A stretch of DNA of 64,000 nucleotides from Podarcis bocagei. Its lineage: Eukaryota. Under the pieces are notes generated by a model that did no database searches, was not told the origin of the DNA, and was given only the letters and a program-made list of their open reading frames with translations. The stretch lies in assembly GCA_964188305.1 (NCBI GenBank), contig OZ076888.1. One strand, given 5' to 3'. The position numbers were made by a program, and so were the translations under genes. Each line of letters begins with the position of its first letter. The stretch's first letter is position 1. Positions 38,276 to 50,500 of this stretch are shown here, piece after piece.

Positions 38276-41200
38276 AGCAGCATGGCAGGAAAAGGGTAGG
38301 GGCAGCAGGGGACATGCTCTCTTATGACAACTCAACAGAACAGGGTGGGGAGGGGCTGTCCAGCTTGCCAAAATTCCCATCCTTCCCTCTGCAACTAACT
38401 CTGAATGTTGCTACATGTGGGCAAATCCCAGAAATTTGAGGTCTGAACATTTCCTTCCTTCCTTGGCATGTAGCAGAGAGCTACTGACAACAATCTGATG
38501 TGCATCCGTCAAGAAAGGTTGAATTGCATTCCTCCTCTCTCCCTAGCTCTGGCTCCATTCACCCACCTTCCTGCAAGGATCAAATGATGCAGAATAATCA
38601 GATTTTCTTGGGTATGTTAGCAGTTTCATTATGTGAATGAATTCAACATTTTGGACGTTTAAGTGGAGTAGAAAAAGAACAAGCCATGTGAGCACGAAAC
38701 CACTTGCCAGAGCAAGAGGGATGGCCTCCCCCCATAGAAATATCTCTTGCAGGTGTCTATTCCGATGGGCTGGAACTGCCTCTGCCAGCTTTCCTAGTGG
38801 CCACAAATGCACATCAGTGGCAGCTAGTTCCCAAGCGAATGTGGTGTATGCTGGTGCTAAGGAAGGTGATCTTTGGGTGCTGCTTCTTGTACTGTGCTGA
38901 ACACGAGAGTCTCACTGTTAACTGACAGCCTTCAAGTTCTACTTTCTATAAATGCTCTCTTCCTTTCCACTCCAGTCTGTTCACCCCGCCCTTGGAAGCA
39001 GCTGCTGATAGTGCTACAGCATGACACTGCATCCTTTATGAGCATTTCCCCCTGCTGCTTTCCCAAACCCACTGGTTTCCTTCTTCTTTTTAAAGCATTG
39101 CACCAGGAGGCTTTTTCAATGGCCAACAGGGGTGCCTTCACACCTGTTTTCTGCAAATGATGGAGTGCATTTTAGAAGCCATAAGGAAGAAGGCACACAA
39201 AGGCCTTTTATCAGGACACTGAACATCTGCCTCTGCTTTTAAGGAAAGTAAAAGCATCGGTAATTTAATAACCTTTGGCCAAGCTGAATGTGTGACACAG
39301 AGCTGCATCTATTTTGTTACCATGAAAAAAGAGAGACCTGAAGCAGTTTGTCTTAGTTTTTAAAAAATGTTTATTTGGTTTTATGAAGGATTTTTAAAGT
39401 ATTCTTCCCAACATGTGAAGGACAATTGTTTTGGCCTTTCTTGCTCCCAGCACTGTGAATCTACCTGGCTTGACTGAATTCTTGGTGTTTCCCTCCATGC
39501 CTTGCTGCAGCTGATTGTGCTGTGATGGACAATAACAAGGCCTCATTCTTCAGCAGCTCCACTATCTTCTGTGTTCCATTTGACAAATCCCACATGCATC
39601 CGGAACTGCAGCTTATCGTCACTTGGCACCAAGTGGGCTAACTACTTCTGAAATGCCACCAAATACCCCAGCTGGGAGAAACCCGCAGCCCAGTTCATCA
39701 GCCTCAGCTCCCTAATATGAACACCAGAAACAGTTAGGTAAGGAAAGAGGTAGATTAAGAAAACATTCGGAAAGGGACAGTGGATTGCTGATGTCTGAGA
39801 TTTTCATTTCCCCCAATGAAAAGTGTTTTGCTTCACCAACTTAGTGGACAGTTTTGCCCTCATCAGAGTCACGCCAGGCTAAATGTACAGGCAATTCCCA
39901 TGTTGTGTGTGTGCCGTTTTTCACTGCCGGATGCAGCCCCTGTGCAAATGGAGAGTTGCCTGTATAGCATTGAGGCTGTAAATGTAATGATGGCCAACTC
40001 ATAATCGGGAAGGCAGAAAACCCTTTAATACAGATGTCCTTAAAAAACACACAAGAGGATTGGGGCACAGTATTTCTAAAAGACCCAGTTCCCTGCAACA
40101 CCTAGCAGCCGCTGCCTGTAAGGAAAAAGTTAGGAGACTCTTGTTTGAAGTATACCCAGCATAGTAATATCCCTGGACTGGACTGATTCTTCTAGTACTT
40201 GCTGTCTGAGCACTTGGGAGTGCTTCAGCCTGTGCTGGACCTAGCTAATCCACAGTTTACAATAGGGATGGGGAAATTGTGGCTTTCTAGAGATCATTCA
40301 ACTTCCATACAGGAAAAGAAATGTTGGCAACTGTAGTACAGCATCACGTGAAGAGGCACATGTTTCCCCATCCTTGGTTTACGGGGATCAGCACAGTGGC
40401 TGCTGAACCACCTCATGCAGGTGTGGTCCAAAGAATATAGATAACTGGTTTCCTCCCATCAAGGCATTCCTAGTCAACTTGTGCCTAGGACTCGTGATCT
40501 GAAAAGATATTGTGATGTGCAATACTAAGCAATGGCACCTCTTGAAATTTAGTGTCCATGTTGCTGGATGTGCAGAAAAGGCCTCAGTTAAAATTGCCTC
40601 TGTTTGGGCATATGACCACCTGCGCATGTGGTGTTCAAAAGAAAAGCCTGCCTTGGTCATGTGCCGCCATTGCATGAACTGGATCCAACTGCTGGAATGT
40701 TACTGCAAATGCCACTTTGAATATTTGCACACAGCCAACTCCTCACTGGCTGGGAGCCAGCAAGCACTTTGCTGTTGGTTGTCAATCTAAGTAGACCCTT
40801 ATCAAGGCAATGGATATTGTACCATGTGATAGGTTACAGGCACTTCAGAATAAAAAACAATGCAGGTGGATTGTAGCAATCCTTTGCAGAAAGGAAAACT
40901 GACTCACCAAGTCACAAACCAAAAGTAGAAGCTATAGTTCCTAAGAGTTTGCTCACTCATACTAGTCTTGGCCCACATAAATTAGCATTTTTTCCTAAAC
41001 CCCCCCATCCACCTTGAGGTGCTCATCTGTGCTCTCTTGACTGCACTCAAATCCCTAAACAGCTTCCCATTCCACTAGTAACTTGCATCTGGCCCTCTGC
41101 AGTGTCAACCACTTGCAAAGCATTTTTTAAAAAATGAGCACAAAGCCTCAAATTCCATAGCCATGACATAAGAGGACCAGATGTAGATGGGACAACCATA

Positions 41201-41317
41201 TGATTTATCTCTGCCTTTGGCAAGTAAGACATGGAAAGTTAATTTATGCCCCTCAAGGCAGGAGCCCTTTCCTACTGTGGCACCATAAGATCATTTGAAG
41301 CAGGATCTGACAAGACC

Positions 41318-41319
<2 letters not shown>

Positions 41320-41358
<39 letters not shown>
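41320..41358. repeat. (GT)n microsatellite in the putative NEURL1 3'UTR
   Basis: Directly visible. Confidence 0.95.
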
Positions 41359-41359
<1 letters not shown>

Positions 41360-43194
41360 GTCTTCCGTTGAGTTCATTGCATCTATTCCAGTATAAGTTG
41401 TGTGAAGAGAACATCTGGTACTACCTTTCATGTCCTATTGCAGAGATGGGAACCTTTGGCCCTTTAGAAGTTGCTTAATTTCCATCAGCCACAGCCACCA
41501 TGACCAGTCTGGATCAGGGAAGATCAGAATGACGGCACAGCAACATTTCAAGGTTCCTCACAGCTGCCCAATGGCTATAAGTAGATAAGAAAATTACAAA
41601 CTGAGGCTGTAGTCATATGCCCACTTACTTTGGAGTTAAGTCTTTTTGCACAATCATGGCTAGAAACAGGCTGCATTCATTCTGCAAGGTTCCCATCAAA
41701 TCCAGTCTCCTCCACAGCTACAGTATAAAAAGAGAGAGATAACATTTGTTTCAGCAGTTGGGGCAATACATAATATGCAGTAACATAGGGAAGAGACAGG
41801 ACCGGCATTGTCTGGAGATTTCATGCAAGACACATTCACCTTGATCTGGTTCTGGTTCTTTGTGATCCAGGAGCTCCTCTTCCCTGAATAGTTCCCTCCG
41901 TTATCTGAAGAGAGGAAGTAGGTCTGCATGTGTATTTCCTTCCCAATAAAAGATTTGCTGCCTCTACTCAGCTGATTGAGGCAGAGTGTAGGGACAGGAG
42001 CCCCACGTGAGCAGATAAGTGAATATATACGGCTTTGGAACAAGGTATTTGTGGCTATATATCTTGCTTTCACATAGTATCTAAAATCAGAGGTGAAGCT
42101 CTGCATTGTTGCATCCACAATAGCAATGGAGATATCAAAAGATGAATTAACGTATTTTATATGATGATGATGATGATGGCATATCGATAGATGAGAAGGA
42201 TGGGGGGAGAAAGCAATTCTTTAAAAATAGAGACAGTGGGGTAGGATAGCCAAAGGCTTAAAGTACTGTAACAACACAAACATCTCCTAGGCTCGGCAGA
42301 TTTTGCCAGTCAGTTTTCACATTTCCCTAGAATGTATTTTAATATGAGAAGGTGCTTTGGGAAACTTCAGCCCAGGGCTTCATATTTTAGGACACTATGC
42401 CATAGAAACTAGCAACATGTCTTCAAATGATGAATTCATAATTAAAATGCTGTGTATAGTTGATGCTGCTATTGTGCATGAGAAAAATATTTCCTCTAGA
42501 AAAGATGTTTTCTAGAAAATGCATTTAATAATATCCCTTTGGCATCACTTCTGTGGGGAGCACACTTCTTATTTTACAAACAATTGTGGCTAGTAAAATT
42601 ACATGGCACACATTTCTAAACACCTAGGGGTGTGTGAGGAATAGTTTTGTTTTTCGGTTCATTGTCACTTTTAATGTTTCTTTTGTTTAATTTTCTATTT
42701 GTTTTCCCATTGCTTTCAGTGGAAGACCCAGGCAGTTTTCTGTTTTAACTTGGATGTTTTCTATCCAATTGGTATGCAATCTACTACCTCCCCAGGGCAT
42801 TAGACCCACTGAATGGGTCCCCATTTTATAGGTTCTTAGAAGCATGCCGAGGCACAGGCTAGATGCTCTGTGAACTGAACACAGCTTTCACTGGACTCTC
42901 TCTTTCCCCCTTACTGTGACATTTCTCTGAACTGTGCATAGACTCCTTCAATGCAAAAGCAATGCCTCTAAAGCAATGTAGCTGAAAACAGAGTATGAAC
43001 TTTAGTTTAATTTTCATTCAAATTCCCATTTACTATAAAAACAGATGAGTAAATGAGGCTCATTTAATTTTTCATTCATGTTTCAAATGACTGCACTCTC
43101 TTACCTAGTAAATTAAATGTCATTAGTTTCTGAATAGATGGGTCCTAATCCAGAAATGCACATGTTCAACAGTGGACTTAATTCACGTGCTGTT

Positions 43195-43316
43195 CAGGTG
43201 GGGAGCTAGAGTAATCAACTTTGTGTTCAAGCCCCGCTTTGGGCAAAAGATTCCTGCACTGCAGGAGGTTGGACTAGATGACCCTTGTGGTCTCTTCTAA
43301 CTCTACAATTCTATGG
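43195..43316 (+). mobile_element. Short SINE with CR1-derived tail
   Basis: gttcaagcccc B-box, then gattcctgcactgcaggaggttggactagatgaccctt...ctctacaattctatg. Confidence 0.65.
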
Positions 43317-44807
43317 TTGCCCAAATAACCTGTTTGGAATATGAGGCCTGGATTTATTCATTCCATTTTCCCTTGTGGGAAAACAAAACCCTGAGCCTGC
43401 AGATGTCAGTCACTGGTGGAGAGGAAGTTCACATACAACTCTGAATGTAAGGCTTTTAAAAGGTGAGCCATACTTACTATCTCCTTTTGTGCTTCTGCTG
43501 GAACGGGCTCTTGTCTGAAATGCTGTATTCCTTACAGAGTCATTCCTATGAAGTGTCAGAGTAGGGGTAAGGAACTTGTTCAGATTGCAGTGCCTGCTGC
43601 TTTATATTATCCACTTTTAAAATTAATTCTCCCCATGTTAATGGGTAGGAATATTTTGAAATCAATAAAAAAAAATGCTTCCTTCATCGCAGCCTATTAA
43701 AACAAATAATGGATCCAATTTATGTCCCTAATAAAGGGTTTGCCATGACAAAGAATGGTTTTTTGTTTTTTTTTGCCTAATCTGTTATTGATTGTGATAA
43801 ACCAAAGTTAACTAAATTACATGTGTTCCTAAGGTGTTGCTAATTTGCAGGAGCTGCATTCTGAAACCATAAAAATTGGACTGTGGGTGGAAGGAAATAT
43901 TTTTGTTTTGACTTGAAACTATTCCCACTCATTAGCTTTTTGGCAACCAGAGAAGTTGGTTCCACTCCAGTAAGGGAAACTGGACTGAAGTGAATCAAGA
44001 GAGAACCCCACACTGTACAAGTGTTTGAAAGAGGGTGGATGTCCATGCTAAAGGGGTACATGGCTTTCTGCAAAGTTTTAATTTAAAAACAAAAGCTTTT
44101 GCCAACATGTGCTAAGAGCACATAACTAAGGTCAATCATACTCATTGCCAGAGGCAAACTGTTTCTTTTATCCAGGTAAGCCAAGGGCCCATTCAAATCC
44201 TTACACAACAGCTGAAGAGAAAATCAATCACATTGCTGCCAGCTTTGACTTGCTCAGGGTTGTGTCCACATGTACCTAAGCCAGCTCCTTCCACCTAAAG
44301 AGATATTCAGTACTCCCCCCTCCCCCCTTAACAGCAGCACCCTTTTGCACATGCAAATTCAAAGCTTGAAGGCCAATCTGTGCACAAAAATGTATTTGGG
44401 CATACAGAAATCTGGCTGAAGATGGACTCAAGGGAAGGAGGAGTGTGAAAGGGAGAACATTCTCCTTCCACTCAGTTAGTGTGGGGATATGTATGTATTT
44501 ATTGAGGACCAAAGATGGAGGCGGCTTACAGAAGCTGAAAAAGAAGTGCAAGGCAGTTCATGCAGAAGAACATTTCAATGGGAGCATTATCACAATCGGT
44601 TTCATTTTCCTCTGTATTTTTGTGTCAGGATCCAGAATTCATGTGATACAATGTCATGGAAATGAGAATTTTATCTTTTAATTGCTTTATTTAAAAACAA
44701 ATTTTGTGTTTTGTTTATATATATATATAAATATATATATACACACTCACACAATATAAAAAAAAGACTATTCCATTCAGTGTGAGAATTGGATAACAGT
44801 GATTGTG

Positions 44808-44813
44808 AATAAA
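44808..44813 (+). terminator. Putative distal polyadenylation signal of NEURL1
   Basis: AATAAA with a U-rich/(TA)n block upstream and ggatgtgctggtgtggg...ttttttt downstream; TE-dense sequence starts shortly after. Confidence 0.6.
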
Positions 44814-45124
44814 GTTGATTTAGGTATGCCATGGATGTGCTGGTGTGGGATGCTTACATTTTTTTGGGGGGGGGGCGGGACAATACAATGGTCAATGAGC
44901 ACAGGAGTCAGTGAAATATGTGGATCTATTTCCACTTATTGAAACAAATGCCACTAACCTAAGCACACTTAACTTGGAAGCTTGTCTTATTGAACACAGG
45001 AGGGCCTTTTCTGCTAGGTAAACTGTTTCAGATCATGCATGAACAAGACATTCCTTCACACAGAATGACATTTCTTAGTGAGAAACTTCTTGGTCCAAAG
45101 GGACAGTAAGTAACTGGGCAGCTA

Positions 45125-45451
45125 GGTAAAGGTAAAGGGACCCCTGACCATTAGGTCCAGTCGTGACTGACTCTGGGGGTGTGGCGCTCATCTTGCTTCC
45201 AGGTCATGTGGCCAGCATGACTAAGCCGCTTCTGGTGAACCAGAGCAGCACACACGGAAACGCCGTTTACCTTCCCGCCGGAGCAGTACCTATTTATCTA
45301 CTTGCACTTTGACATGCTTTCGAACTGCTAGGTTGGCAGGAGCAGAGACCGAGCAATGGGAGCTCACCCCGTTGTGGGGATTTGAACCGCCGACCTTCTG
45401 ATCAGCAAGTCCTAGGCTCTGTGGTTTAACCCACATCGCCACCCGCGTCCC
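45125..45451 (-). mobile_element. Sauria SINE, near full length, small internal deletion
   Basis: tRNA-like head gggacgcgggtggcg, (cctttacc) tail, perfect 13-bp TSD AACTGGGCAGCTA. Confidence 0.93.
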
Positions 45452-46085
45452 AACTGGGCAGCTACATCCCAGTTATTTTCTGTAGAAGCTCAACTGCCCT
45501 TCCACCACAAGTTCCTTGGGAATCATAGAGGCAGAAGGAGGTGCTCATAACAAAGTTTTTTATATATGCTGGAAGCCACCCAGACAACCCAGTCAGATGG
45601 GCAGGGTACAAATAATAAATTATTATTATTTGACTTCCTTCAATACCTCATGGGTAAATGGCCAGCTATTTATGGGTGAGGCATTATGGTTTTTGTGGCA
45701 GTATAATTTTCCCCTCTTCTTTGGCTAGCAGGCACTCTGCATCCTTCAGGACAGCCTTGTTTTGGACTCCCATCAGCGCCAGTCAGTATGGCCAATAGTC
45801 AGGGCTGATGCAGCGTCACACACTAGGTTGAGCAAGCCTGCTCCAGGGTCTCAAACACATCCCCACCACCTGTGTTTATGAAAGTACTACCAGAAACCCA
45901 GCACCCTTTGTGAGTTATTTAGAACCTACCTTTCTCTCATGAAGCTCACTGCAGCATGGAGTTCCCAGGTCTTCCATCCAGGCACTGACCAGTCAGTTAT
46001 AGACCTGCATAGTTTCAAGAGTTTTGCTGCATTATGTGCCTTCTGACCACACACCCCCTCAGAGTTTTTCTTAATAAAAAAAAAA

Positions 46086-46166
46086 TTCCTTCCTGTAGCA
46101 CCTTAAAGACCAACTAAGTTAGTTCTTGGTATAAGCTTTCGTGTGCATGCACACTTCTTCAGATAC
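46086..46166. mobile_element. Penelope-like element terminal fragment
   Basis: gtagcaccttaaagaccaactaagtt...taagctttcgtgtgcatgcacacttcttcagatac; weaker copy near 2790-2840. Confidence 0.55.
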
Positions 46167-47150
46167 TTCTTCTAAATCAAGTTTTTCTTGATTTAGAAAA
46201 TTTACTGCTATGCTCTTATCCTACATGCTGAAATCACCAGGACTGACTGCTCTCCTTGGGATACTTTTAAGGATCGGGGTAGATTTAACTCTGCCATTTA
46301 ATTGTTGCACAAACACACCCACCCACTTGACCTCTTTGAAATTCAGTGCCCTGAATGCTTCCTGGAATTAAGTGCAGCCTGTGAAAATAGCCTGACTGGG
46401 AAACCAAGCTAGCGAGAAACTGAGACTGAAACATTAGTGATGGATCATCACCACCACCTAGTGGCTAGTTTAGTGACTGGCACCCTCTACAACCACTGAA
46501 GAGTGAAGGGCAAAGAGGTAAACTAAGGGTTGCACACACAAAAATATGTGTTGCAAGGGACACCCATAAGCATACCAGAAACCAAGGACTGTGTAAGAAG
46601 TACATATTACCCTAAAGCTTTATATTTTACAAAAAGTGCATTGTGTTTATCAGCACCTATTCAAATGAATTCACAACTGTGCACTTTTAGAGAGCACTCT
46701 TGAACTCAAGTGCCCATCACGTATTACAAATCATATTACTCATACGACACTGATGGGAGTCTTACAAATAAAGGAAGGGTTGTAGGTCAATGGTGCGGAA
46801 CATGCTTTGCATGCAAAACAGAACAGGTTCAATCGCCAGCCTTTCTAGTTAGGGCTGGGAATGCCCTGTCTAGAATCTGGGGAGCCAATGGACAATGGCT
46901 TGTTTGAGTCCTAAGCAGCTTCCCCTCTTTCTACTTCTTCGGCTCATTTCACATTCCAGTCCAGAAAAGGTAATTCTTAAATCATGAGTTCTGAAGTTAC
47001 CTGAATTACTTAAAAACCAGTGTGTACTGGTTTAAGGATTTCTACCTTTTCTACTTTAATAGTTTCCTTTCCATATTTATACCTCCATGGTAATTTGTTA
47101 TTTCCTTACCTCCTTTAGTTTCATGGATACAGCAAGCAACGTAAGTACTC

Positions 47151-47213
47151 AGCTGCTCTGAGCCCGGCCTTGGCTGGGGAGGGCGGGGTATAAATAAAAA
47201 ATTATTATTATTA
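47151..47213 (+). mobile_element. L2 3' tail (same family as 19431-19731)
   Basis: ctgagcccggccttggctggggagggcgggg followed by tataaataaaaaa(tta)n. Confidence 0.75.
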
Positions 47214-47560
47214 CTTCTTAAAAAAAAAAAAAAGATCATTGGGAATTTATTTTTGTGAGGATGCTGATCATTCTGTCCATAAGGGACCACTGTTGTCCTT
47301 GCAAGGAAGGACAAGATATGCTGTGCAGACAAGAAGCTACAGTAGAAAGCTGCATATTCAGCTGTTGGCAAAAATAAAGGTTGGGTGTTGAAGCCTACAC
47401 TCCAGGGATGCCAATTTCAACTGCTTTGGGGTTTCTTTTTCTTTCTTCTTAAAATCATGTGGCATATAATTTTTTTATGAACTACAATACAATAATAAAA
47501 TGCAAACTCAACAAAAAGAAACTAAGCAACAATTGGAACACAATTAAAAAGATCAAAAAC

Positions 47561-47566
47561 TTTATT
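47561..47566 (-). terminator. Putative distal polyadenylation signal of SH3PXD2A
   Basis: Minus strand reads aaaaaat AATAAA gtttttgatctttttaattgtgttccaattgttgcttagtttctttttgttg: canonical hexamer plus a GU/U-rich downstream element. Confidence 0.6.
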
Positions 47567-50500
47567 ATTTTTTCATAGGACATAGAAGAGACCATGTAAA
47601 CAAATGGAAATTTAAAAAGCAACAACTTACAATTTGCAAGCATTTGAAGATAAGAGTATCCTTTACCCTTCTCCAAATGTACAATGTCTGAATCCCAAAG
47701 GTATATTGTGGGTTTTTGAAGTGCCTGATGCCCTGGGTAAGATCTTTTTAGTTTAACAGGACACTTGCATCATTGATTTAACACATACACACTCAAAACC
47801 CAACAACAATAACATAAATATAAAAATTAAAGTTCATATTATTAGCACCACCTTTGGTCCAAGCAATGAGTAAACTGGGAGATGACTGTGAGGTACAGTT
47901 AGTTATCAAGTCCTCTCTGCCTGAGACATTGAATATTATATTGTGGTTTCACATTGCAAAAACCTGGGAGTAAAACAGGCTGCAGCCTAGTCTCTCTTGG
48001 CAGTCCCTAAAACAAACATAAAAAGCCTCTGACTAATAACTAGTATGTGTCCCCATATGAGAGTGCGCTTAGAGTGGCAATATTCCTCAATTCCCTTCCA
48101 AGTGTAAGCACTGCGTAGTCCCAAGGATATCTGCTCCACAATGGCTAAGAGTGGTGAGCACAACTCTTGTTTTGTGCTGCTTCACAGGATCTGAAGAGTT
48201 GTGCCCCAACATGTTCTGGAACATAGTAAGGGATCTTAGGAGAACACATCTCCCTTTGCATGTTGCCCACATGGTGAAAAAGCATCATTAGCCAAAGTGA
48301 AAACTTGAGCCTCAACTGTATATTGACAAGCTGTACACACACTTAGAACTGTTTTCGCTGTATAGAATCTTGCACATCACACAGACATTTTCCTAGTCAG
48401 GGGTTCTGATTCAGCCTAATCTTAGTACAAAGGTAGACCAGATGGAATTTCAAAAAAGGAACTGCTGTTTCCATGGTCATTCTGCTATGCCATCATCTAA
48501 GGCACACAGATTCCAACAAGACTGAAGTGAGCCCAAGGAGCCTATAGCAGTGAGAGCCATAAAATAGAGGACTGTTGGGCCAAAACATGTACAAAGATTT
48601 AGTTTCTATATTTAGGGATCAGTTTATCAAGAATCATTAATAGCACATGGTTGTTGGTGGGGGGGACGGACCGAATATATGCCTTAGAGTCTTTAAATCT
48701 TTTAGTCAAGTATATAGATGACAACTATTTGATCTGACAGCATTTCCCCATGAGTCTATGCAAGAATCCAGTGCAGCACTCACCTCTCAAATTCCAATGC
48801 CAAGAACTCATAAAATCTCCTTATAATACCGAGATATAAAATGCTCCACCTGGATGGATCTACATTTACATTGGTAACAACTGCAACAGTACAACACCTT
48901 CTTCCAAATCACATTTCAGAAGCTCCAGTTGCCATAACAAAGACAGACAAACCTGTAGAATTTCAGAATTTTAAGATCTCAAGAGTGAGACCATAAATCA
49001 CTATCAGATGAGTTGTGATCATAAAACGACTCTGACTTTGACTACCAGGCCACCTTCTGACTGCACTGCCATCATGACTGCCACTTTACTAACCCCAGTG
49101 GGCACCAGACTGAATATTCACATACTTGGTTGTTCCACAAAGCTTTCATTCTGGAAAACCTTTTGTTTAAACAAGGTGAAACCATGATGGCCAAGAAGGT
49201 CATCAACAGTGCAACATGGCCTCAAGTTTTGAAATGAAAACTTGGAATGGCAAAAATCTAACCAGCACACAAATTCTCATTCATTATCACAGGTTACATG
49301 AAAAGGCCAACTGTTGTTTAAAATTACTTGACCAAAAAATAGAAGGTAAATTACTGCATATAACCTTTAGTTTCCTCTTGCGAATTTGATTGCTGGGACA
49401 TTCCAAAATCAGTTTAAGAGGGGACCAAGTTAGATCAAACAGGTGTCATCCTTTGTTGTGTTTGTTTTGTACAGAGACTACTAATGTGATATTTTAAAGG
49501 TTAACTGTGTTTCCCCAGTCACTATTAAAGAAATGGTGATGTGAGCTAGGGTAATTTCACCATAGTTGTTCTCTGCTGTGAGATGATTTAAGCAAAACTA
49601 ATACTTGCCCCAAATGATTTTTGTGAATGTGGCCAACATCCTTTTGCAGAAACCATTTTACTATGCAAACAGATTTACCAGAATATTCTTCCTATAAACT
49701 CAATGTCATCTTTGATAATGAGCACAATAACAGTAAAATGCAACAGCTAGTTTTGTTTATCTTTGCTTTTTTTCTATTCCATATTTGAGATCCACTAAAG
49801 GTCACATGCAACTTTTAACAATAGTTGTCATCTAGGGGTGGACTAAACCCCCCCCCCCATATTTTGTTAACAGTACTTAACATTCAACTATTTGAAAAGC
49901 TTAGCTAGAGGAAAAATAAATGGACAAGGACTACCCAAATCTATCATAGGACTCTTTATCTTCTCTTTCTCCAAAGTTTGATTCCCTCCTGGATTCTTTC
50001 TTATAACAAATCCAACCACAAAAAAAGATTCAATCTTCAACTTGCTCTCCCAACAGTAACCAATCCAACTTCAATAATAATAATAATAATAATAATAAAC
50101 CTTCTGAAAAAACAAGCCAAACAAAACCAAAAGCAAACTCCGCTCCCCATCTCTATCACACAGCCCAAGAACCAACCACACATCCTACATCATCTCCTCA
50201 CCAACATACTCTCTCAGACTTTTGACAATTACATTCACCTTTATGTTAAATAACCATTTCAAGAGGGTCATTGAAAGAACAATACTCAATATCAACTACT
50301 TGGAAGATTGGTAACAATCACAAGGCATTCAAATTCTGCTTCACTGTCCTGACTGTTTCTTGCAAAAAGGAAACCTTAATCCTTTTTATTGATTACTCTT
50401 TTTTTTAGATTTCAGGCAAAACAGTAATTTGCTGCCTGCTTTTGGTTTTCTGTACAAGTCTCTAAATTTCAAACTCATAAACAACTCTCCAGTTAACTTT

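Larger units (their letters stand above)
38276..44835 (+). other. NEURL1: Putative long NEURL1 3'UTR
   Basis: Follows the stop codon and ends in a U/A-rich block with AATAAA at 44808 and a GT-rich downstream tract. The end is inferred; earlier AATAAA sites exist. Confidence 0.55.

Noticed and set aside
38273-38281. Stop-codon readthrough in either gene
   Set aside because: Both stops are TAG-AG, not the UGA-CUAG readthrough context.
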